Shown here: one piece after another, positions 57,555 through 64,000 of the stretch
How the letters are laid out: each line of letters opens with the position of its first letter
Position numbering within the stretch: the first letter of the stretch is position 1
From: Syntrophomonadaceae bacterium
GTDB taxonomy: Bacteria; Bacillota; Dethiobacteria; DTU022
Reading direction: 5' to 3'
Assembly: GCA_007121075.1 (NCBI GenBank)
Contig: SKMK01000020.1
Coordinates: 59,647-123,646 of the forward strand
Length of the DNA stretch: 64,000 nt
Notes under the pieces: generated by a model
Seen by the model: only the letters and a program-made list of their open reading frames with translations
Told to the model about the DNA's origin: nothing
Database searches by the model: none
Translations under genes and position numbers: made by a program

Positions 57555-59132
57555 TTATGTTTCTTTGTTGAGTTTTTCATATATAGTCCTGGCTGTTTCT
57601 GTGACTGAGAGCCCGCCCCGGCCGGTACAGCGCAGTTCCGAAGGGAGCATTTTGCCGCAGCTGTACATGGCCCCAATAGTTTCATCAAGGGGAATAACCC
57701 TGTCAAACCCGGCCAGGGCCATATCGGCACAGCCAACTGCATTAAGCCCGGCCATTATGTTTTTTCCCAGGCAGGGCACTTCCACTCTTTCAGCCACCGG
57801 ATCGCAGACCATGCCCATCACATTTTGAAGGGCCATGGCCGCTGCATCAAATCCCTCTCCCACCGTACCGCCCGCCATTTGAACCAGCCCCGCGGCGGCC
57901 ATACCGGAGGCGGATCCGCATTCGGCCTGACAGCCGCATTCTTCTGCGGCAAAAGTGCTGCTTCCGGCAATTAGGGCTCCAACCAGGCCGGCGGCCAGCA
58001 AACTTTTAACAATTTGATCGTTTTCAAGCTGTTTGTCCCCGGCTACAGCAGTCAGAGTTCCGGGAAGGGTGCCGCATGACCCGGCCGTGGGGGCCGCTAC
58101 AATCACCCCGAAGGCGCTTTTTGTTTCCATCACGGCGCTGGTATTGGCAATAATGGCGGCAGAAAGATCATCTCCGATCAGCCTGCTCCGGTGGTTGATT
58201 ATTAGTTGTGACTGTGGCCCCAGGATCCGGTTGCTGTATTCGGTCCCGGCCAAACCTTCCCGCACCGACTGCTCCATAACCCGGGCCAATTCACAGGCCA
58301 TCTGCCACACTTCTGATTCGGATATCCCTCCTCGAATACTTTCGTAACGTAGGGCCAGCTCCCACAGGGCCAGGTTTTCCCGTTCTGCCAGGGCCAAAGC
58401 TTCCCCGGCGCTTTCAAAGGGCATCCGGTAGTCCTTTTTTGAACGGACCGGGAGCAACGGTTCGATTTGGATGACCGCAAGCGGGTTGGTTTGCCCATTT
58501 ATCGCCTGTACCAGCCTGTCTTCTAATTTATAACCGGTTTTAAGGTTGATCAGGCCTTTATTTCCCGCTGCAGCAATAGTTATATAATCGTAGCCGGAAA
58601 CCATCTCCGCTATGATTCTGCTGTATTTCTGCAGAGTGCCTGGATTCGGATCATTGTAAAACAACAGGGTTTCATCAAAACCGCCTCCAATCGAAACATC
58701 AAAGCCATTGATGTTTCGAACATCGATCATGCCCCCGCCGGTAGAAAGACAAATCAGCTGCATTTCTTCTCCTTTATCTGAAGCGGCCCTGATCCGGTAA
58801 GTATTGGGGTGATCGGCTGGAAAAGGAGTAATATTAAAAGAAATGTCCAGGTTTTTCTGCCGGGCCGTTTCCAGGGCAGTGCACAGTCCCGGATCGCTTA
58901 AATCCATTCCTAAAAGTCCAGCGGCCAGGCCGATATCGGCGCCCTGCTCGTGGTAGGTGGAGGCCAGGGAACCGTCGGGATCAAAATCGACATGACAGTA
59001 GCGGCAGGTCCCGGGCAGGCACTGCTTGACGACACAGCCGATCCTGACCGAAGCAGCTGTGTGTGAGCTGGATGACCCCCTCATGATCGGGCCGATGACA
59101 TCGTTAAAAATACTTGGCGGTTGTTTTTCCAT
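57555..59132 (-). CDS. sdaA: L-serine dehydratase, iron-sulfur dependent, fused beta-alpha single chain
   Basis: Beta-type N-terminus (SIFNDVIGPIMRGSSSSHTAASVRIG) and alpha-type C-terminus (GCQAECGSASGMAAAG). 525 aa. Confidence 0.75.
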   Translation of the reverse strand: MEKQPPSIFNDVIGPIMRGSSSSHTAASVRIGCVVKQCLPGTCRYCHVDFDPDGSLASTYHEQGADIGLAAGLLGMDLSDPGLCTALETARQKNLDISFNITPFPADHPNTYRIRAASDKGEEMQLICLSTGGGMIDVRNINGFDVSIGGGFDETLLFYNDPNPGTLQKYSRIIAEMVSGYDYITIAAAGNKGLINLKTGYKLEDRLVQAINGQTNPLAVIQIEPLLPVRSKKDYRMPFESAGEALALAERENLALWELALRYESIRGGISESEVWQMACELARVMEQSVREGLAGTEYSNRILGPQSQLIINHRSRLIGDDLSAAIIANTSAVMETKSAFGVIVAAPTAGSCGTLPGTLTAVAGDKQLENDQIVKSLLAAGLVGALIAGSSTFAAEECGCQAECGSASGMAAAGLVQMAGGTVGEGFDAAAMALQNVMGMVCDPVAERVEVPCLGKNIMAGLNAVGCADMALAGFDRVIPLDETIGAMYSCGKMLPSELRCTGRGGLSVTETARTIYEKLNKET

Positions 59133-59169
59133 AGTGCTATCTAATATTCTCCTTCTTTGGGAATTTCAT

Positions 59170-59964
59170 TTAAAGCAGGGATCCCTTTTCAAACCGATAA
59201 TAAACCAGGACAAACAAGATCAGAAACATCAATAACAGCAACCAGATCCCCGTGGCCAAAGTGCCCCACTCCCACCCGCTGATTACCAGGTCGCGGACTG
59301 GAATAACTGCATAGGAAATCGGGTTGAAGCGGGCAATAGCCCGGATCCAATCCGGCATTACGGCGGTGGGAAATAGAGCGCTGCTGCTGAACACGAGCGG
59401 CAGGGTCAGGAAGTTGATAACTGAAAACAAAGTTTCAGGGGTCCTGATCGAAGCAGACAAAAACAGCGATATACAGCTCATAATCGCTGCGAACAGACCG
59501 CATATTAAAAGGGTGACCAGAATACCGGGCAAACCGGTAGCGAAAGTGATGCCCATTGCGGCGGCCAGGATGGCGATCACCGAAACCTGGAACATGGTCT
59601 GCAAAACCAGGGCTGATATTTTGCCCAGAGCAATGCTGTAGCGGGGTATGGGGGCGCTGAGGAGTTTAATTAGAAAACCCATTCTCCGGTCCCAGATAAT
59701 CGATATTCCGCCAAAAACCCCGGTATAGAGAGAGGACATCATCATCACGCCGGGAACCATGAAAGCCAGGTAGTTGTCGACGCCAATCATTTCTGCGGTA
59801 ACGGGGTTGTCGGTCAACCTGGCCATCATACTGCCCATCAATACCAGCCAGATCACCGGCTGGACAACGGACATCAAGATCCGCATTTTCTGCCCCGTAA
59901 AACGCTTGATCTCTCTCCAAAATATATAATAGGCACCTTTTAAACCAATTGTCATTGCTGTCAT
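59170..59964 (-). CDS. ABC-2 type transporter permease
   Basis: Six-TM ABC-2 family permease immediately downstream of the ATPase. Confidence 0.75.
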   Translation of the reverse strand: MTAMTIGLKGAYYIFWREIKRFTGQKMRILMSVVQPVIWLVLMGSMMARLTDNPVTAEMIGVDNYLAFMVPGVMMMSSLYTGVFGGISIIWDRRMGFLIKLLSAPIPRYSIALGKISALVLQTMFQVSVIAILAAAMGITFATGLPGILVTLLICGLFAAIMSCISLFLSASIRTPETLFSVINFLTLPLVFSSSALFPTAVMPDWIRAIARFNPISYAVIPVRDLVISGWEWGTLATGIWLLLLMFLILFVLVYYRFEKGSLL

Positions 59965-60030
59965 TTATTCACCTTAATTATCATTTTACCCGCCTTGACC
60001 GGTTATCTTCCGGTTGACAAAACCCACATG

Positions 60031-61062
60031 CTAACGGGTTTTCCTGAGGCGGCGCATACTAGAACGGACCCTATCCATTTCTTCCCGGGAAACACTTTCT
60101 TCACGGAGTTGCCTTCCGGTATGGTAAAGAAAAACATCATCCAGGGAAGGCATCTTCAGGGTAACTTTTTTTAAATTAAGTCTCAGTCCATCCAGGGCCT
60201 CAAAAAAGAGCGGCAGGGACTCTTCGCTGTTATCAGTTAAAAGCAAGTATTCGTCGTCCTTTTGGGTTATTTCCCTGACGAAATCTTGATTTTTTAACCT
60301 GATCATGGCCTGATCAATAGTTTCGGGACGGGCCGATTGATCAAACTGGAAGACAATCAACCCTCCTCCCATCTGCTTTTTCAGACTCTCCGGGGTATCG
60401 ATTGCTTTCAGGCTGCCCCGGTCGATGATGGCAACGCGCCGGCATAATGAATCCGCTTCGTCCATATAGTGGGTGGTAAGCAGGATGGTCATTTTCACCT
60501 CTTCGCGCAGCCGTTTGATATAGTGCCATATTTCATGTCTGGTCTGAATATCGAGGCCCAGGGTGGGTTCATCCAGGAACAGTATTTCCGGACGGTGGAT
60601 CAACCCGCAGGCAATATCGAGGCGTTTGCGCATCCCGCCCGAATAAGTATCAACCCGGTCCCTGGCCCTTTCCATAAGGCCGACCAGTTCCAAAACTTCA
60701 TCGATCCTTTTGTGTCGAATTGCATGATCCATGTGATATAGACCGGCCTGCAATCTCAGGTTATCCAGGCCGGTCAATTCATCATCAATGGCCAGTTCCT
60801 GGGAAACGTAACCCAGGTTCATCCTGACCCTGTTTTTATCTTTGATCACATCGACGCCGTTAACCCTGGCCAGGCCGCCTGTAGGTGCAAGCAGGGTGGT
60901 TAAAACCATGATCAGGGTAGTCTTACCGGCCCCGTTTGGACCCAGAAGCCCAAATATTTCCTGTTCCGGGACGGAAAAACTGACCCCGTCCAGGGCTTTT
61001 ATCCCGCCCGGATAGATTACTGATAAATTGTCAACTTCAATCATCTTGCGGCTGTCCTTCAA
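60031..61062 (-). CDS. ABC transporter ATP-binding protein (DrrA-like, with C-terminal extension)
   Basis: Walker A GPNGAGKTT, signature YSGGMRKRL and Walker B ILFLDEPT. Confidence 0.85.
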   Translation of the reverse strand: MKDSRKMIEVDNLSVIYPGGIKALDGVSFSVPEQEIFGLLGPNGAGKTTLIMVLTTLLAPTGGLARVNGVDVIKDKNRVRMNLGYVSQELAIDDELTGLDNLRLQAGLYHMDHAIRHKRIDEVLELVGLMERARDRVDTYSGGMRKRLDIACGLIHRPEILFLDEPTLGLDIQTRHEIWHYIKRLREEVKMTILLTTHYMDEADSLCRRVAIIDRGSLKAIDTPESLKKQMGGGLIVFQFDQSARPETIDQAMIRLKNQDFVREITQKDDEYLLLTDNSEESLPLFFEALDGLRLNLKKVTLKMPSLDDVFLYHTGRQLREESVSREEMDRVRSSMRRLRKTR

Positions 61063-61255
61063 ATATAAGCACTCCCCGATGGTTTGGAAATCCCGATTAT
61101 TTCTGTTTGAATCATAACATAAGAACGGTTATTATTTTACACTAATATCGGCTTATTTATGTATATTTTAAAAATTGCGTTCCAATCTTTCACGGCCCAC
61201 TCAGGGCACATTTACAGCGGCAAAAACAACCGGCTTTAAATAGGAGTTGTTCCTG

Positions 61256-62686
61256 TCAATCGCTGCCTTCTCCCTTGATTACAGCCAGGGGCAACAGCCT
61301 GGCCACCTTGCTGCTCATCCCGATTTCGGTAAAAGTATCAATTACCATTTCGATGTCTTTGTAGGCCTGGGGTGCTTCATCCAGGTAGGCCTTAAAACTG
61401 CGCCCGGAAACCAGGACTTCGGAAAGCCTTCCCTTTAATTCTTCGACAGATATTTCTTTTTTAGCCGCCCGTCGGGAAAGGACCCTTCCGGCGCCGTGAT
61501 TTACGGAATTATAAATTTTGCTTACCCCCGGTTCGGCCTTGACCACGTATGAAGCGGTTCCCATACTACCTGGAATCAGTACCGGATGCCCGGTTGAAAG
61601 GTACTGTTTTGGGTTGTCGGGATGCTCCGGCGGCAGGGCCCTGGCAGCGCCTTTGCGGTGGATAAGCATTGTTTTGCCGTTGATTTTTTCGAATCGCGCT
61701 GTATTGTGAGCAATATCGTACACAAGGTCCAGGTCAAACAGGCGATCATCTCCCCCAAAAACGGTGCTGAACGCTTTGCGGACGTCATCGGTTATCCACT
61801 GGCGGTTGCAAAAGGCAAAATTAATGGCGCAGGCCATTGCGGCCAGGTACCTTCTTCCCGTCCCGGAAGTTATGGGCACTGAAGCCAGGCCGGCAGAGGG
61901 CAGTTCTATTTTATGCCCGGCAGCCTTTTTCTTCATTGATGCGGTATAATCTGTGCAGATCTGATGCCCAAACCCCCGGCTGCCGGTGTGAATCAGGACG
62001 GTGAGCATTCCTTCATGCAGGCCGTACACGTCTCCGGCATGGTGGTCAAAAACTGTATCCACGTAACCAAGCTCGATAAAATGATTGCCTCCCCCGATCG
62101 TTGAGAGCTGAAGCCCTCGCTTGCGGGCTTCCTTGCTTACGGCTCCCAGGTCGGCACCGGAGATGCATCCTCCCTCTTCTATTGCGTCTATGTCTTCAGG
62201 CCTGCCGTAACCCTGGTCAATAAGAAAAGGGGCCCCATCATGGATCAGGGGATTAAAATGGGTACTGATAAAAGCTTCATGTTTGCTTTTCCGCCCTACT
62301 CCGCTGGGAACTCTCTTCTCAATGGCTTTAATCAGCTCCCGCAGGGTGGTTTTATCCAAACCGTCCGGATCAACGTTTGTTCGCAGCAGGCGGACCCCGC
62401 AGTTGATGTCCATCCCAACCGCTCCGGCGGAAACCAGCCCCAGTTCGGAGTCCATGGCCATGACTCCGCCGATGGGAAGGCCAAACCCGCTGTGAATATC
62501 GGGCATTCCGATCACGGGATCAACAACACCTTCCAGGGACGCGGCATCCATCAGTTGCTGCAGGGATTGATCTTCGGTAAAAGCCTGGTAAAGCTGGCGA
62601 TTTAGATAAACCAGGACATCGGCTTTCATGTTTCCGCGGCGCTTAATGCGGTAACAATTTTTTCCTGCCGGCTCCAGCAAAGACAC
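61256..62686 (-). CDS. rtcB: RNA-splicing ligase RtcB
   Basis: 476 aa RtcB family with His/Cys metal ligands and a nucleophilic-His region (NHGAGR). Confidence 0.85.
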   Translation of the reverse strand: MSLLEPAGKNCYRIKRRGNMKADVLVYLNRQLYQAFTEDQSLQQLMDAASLEGVVDPVIGMPDIHSGFGLPIGGVMAMDSELGLVSAGAVGMDINCGVRLLRTNVDPDGLDKTTLRELIKAIEKRVPSGVGRKSKHEAFISTHFNPLIHDGAPFLIDQGYGRPEDIDAIEEGGCISGADLGAVSKEARKRGLQLSTIGGGNHFIELGYVDTVFDHHAGDVYGLHEGMLTVLIHTGSRGFGHQICTDYTASMKKKAAGHKIELPSAGLASVPITSGTGRRYLAAMACAINFAFCNRQWITDDVRKAFSTVFGGDDRLFDLDLVYDIAHNTARFEKINGKTMLIHRKGAARALPPEHPDNPKQYLSTGHPVLIPGSMGTASYVVKAEPGVSKIYNSVNHGAGRVLSRRAAKKEISVEELKGRLSEVLVSGRSFKAYLDEAPQAYKDIEMVIDTFTEIGMSSKVARLLPLAVIKGEGSD

Positions 62687-62822
62687 CGTGACACCTTCTC
62701 TCTTATTAAACTATTTAACTTTAAACAGCCAGCAGCACCGGCTTTAAAGGCGGGCACTGGTTACAAAGCCCGTCTCTACTCCCGAGCAGGCTGTTTATGA
62801 AATCCATCTAATTGGCCGGGAT

Positions 62823-63635
62823 TTAAATTTTAAGCGGCATTTTTTCCAGGATATTTTTTAACTCGGGCAGTACATTTTCGTTAGTTAGTGGAAAATGAAT
62901 CGGAGTAATAGATATATAACCATCTCTGACCGCCCGGGTATCGACATCTTCATCTTCATCTTCATCATCAACCAGTTCTCCGGCCAGCCAGTAATAAACC
63001 CTGCCCCTGGGATCAATTCTTTTTTCAAAAGCGTTGCGATAGCGCCTGTTGCCCAGGCGGGTAGCCCGGATCCCCTTAATATTTTCTACGTTAGTGGGGA
63101 TGTTTATATTAATCAAAGTTGATGTCGGCAGGCCCGCCTCTAAGAGAAGTGGGAACAGCCGGCATATAAACTGTCCGGCAAAGTCAAAGCTATTGCCATC
63201 CCCATTTCCAGTCAGCGAAACGGCGATAGATGGAATACCCATAATCAAGCCCTCCACGGCCGCCGAAACAGTCCCTGAATAAAGCACATCGGTCCCCAGG
63301 TTGCTGCCCCGGTTAATGCCGGATATAACCAGGTCGGGTTTTTCTTCCAGGATCGCTTCAATCGCCAGTTTTACACAGTCTGAAGGGGTCCCGTTGACAC
63401 ACCAGCCCCTAAGTTCCGGGTTATGCATATAACTGATTTCATCTACCAGGAGCGGTCGGTGCATGGTAATAGCATGGCCAATCGCACTGCGTTCCCGGTC
63501 GGGAGCGACTATGGATAATTTGTAGCGGTCACTGTTTTCATATAAACACTGGCTGAGGCGCTGAATACCTTCAGCATAGATTCCATCATCGTTTGTAATC
63601 AATATGTGAGTTTTTTTTATTTCAATTTCGTCCAT
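62823..63635 (-). CDS. surE: 5'/3'-nucleotidase SurE
   Basis: HILITNDDGIYAEGI N-terminal DD motif. 270 aa. Confidence 0.85.
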   Translation of the reverse strand: MDEIEIKKTHILITNDDGIYAEGIQRLSQCLYENSDRYKLSIVAPDRERSAIGHAITMHRPLLVDEISYMHNPELRGWCVNGTPSDCVKLAIEAILEEKPDLVISGINRGSNLGTDVLYSGTVSAAVEGLIMGIPSIAVSLTGNGDGNSFDFAGQFICRLFPLLLEAGLPTSTLININIPTNVENIKGIRATRLGNRRYRNAFEKRIDPRGRVYYWLAGELVDDEDEDEDVDTRAVRDGYISITPIHFPLTNENVLPELKNILEKMPLKI

Positions 63636-63687
63636 TTCGGTTATCGTAGTCGGGAGCTCCTTTCTACCATCAAAATCTACTTCTATT

Positions 63688-64000
63688 TTAAACCTTTGCG
63701 AAGAGTTTATAAAGCTTTTCCTGGTCCGGGTTGTAAACTACTCCTTTCTCAGTAATAATTGCATTGATCAACCCGGCAGGGGTCACATCAAAAGCCGGGT
63801 TGTATACATTGATATTCTCAGGCGCCACCTGCTGGTTACCAAAACGGGTGACCTCTTCCGATTTCCGTTCTTCGATTACAATTTCATCCCCGGAAGAAAG
63901 GGAGAGATCAATGGTCGAAAGTGGAGCGGCCACATAAAAGGGAATGTGATGGTAAGCGGCCATCACGGCCAACGGATAAGTGCCGATTTTGTTTGCGGTA
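63688..64000 (-). CDS. mtnA: S-methyl-5-thioribose-1-phosphate isomerase (eIF-2B alpha/beta/delta-like), C-terminal part; gene continues past window end
   Basis: The C-terminal sequence ...[21 protein letters not shown]... matches MtnA. Confidence 0.65.
   Translation of the reverse strand, partial: TANKIGTYPLAVMAAYHHIPFYVAAPLSTIDLSLSSGDEIVIEERKSEEVTRFGNQQVAPENINVYNPAFDVTPAGLINAIITEKGVVYNPDQEKLYKLFAKV

Noticed and set aside
1-64000. CRISPR arrays, IS elements, transposases
   Set aside because: No regularly spaced direct repeats and no transposase-like ORF in any frame.

Overview
This is a 64 kb chromosomal window from a spore-forming Firmicute (Clostridia-like; GC roughly 50%, spoVS present). 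It is almost entirely housekeeping genes in conserved order. On the + strand: the infB(3' end)-rbfA-nrnA-truB-ribF-rpsO-pnp nusA/infB-type operon, dut, rnj, an archaeal-type FBP aldolase/phosphatase, a DAG-kinase-like lipid kinase, ftsK-rimO-cinA-thpR-recA-recX-rny-ymdB-spoVS, a PHP phosphoesterase, a Na+-decarboxylase membrane module (delta/BCCP/beta) and gltX. A mixed-strand block follows with tRNA-Gln, a GT4 glycosyltransferase, capA, a lipoprotein, an unusual truncated tyrosine recombinase-zinc-ribbon fusion, a Leu T-box upstream of leuA, and lexA. The - strand then carries hflX-hfq-miaA-mutL-mutS-miaB, a hydrolase, a ferredoxin, a DedA protein, ROK glucokinase, proCBA, rocD, a low-GC kamA-like islet at tRNA-Trp, an operon of ABC exporter, fused L-serine dehydratase, glycyl-radical activase and glycyl radical enzyme, then rtcB, surE and mtnA (partial). 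I found no CRISPR array, IS element or prophage. The most unusual items are these. (1) A ~295-nt purine-rich GGA-motif-dense non-coding element with its own promoter, closed by a 10-bp long-range helix plus U-tract, lies between rocD and proC. (2) A solitary, N-terminally truncated tyrosine recombinase is fused to a disordered linker and C-terminal zinc ribbon. (3) A compositionally foreign, apparently C-truncated lysine-2,3-aminomutase-like radical SAM gene sits at the tRNA-Trp 3' end, next to the ornithine/proline genes. (4) rimO has no canonical start codon for its conserved N-terminus.
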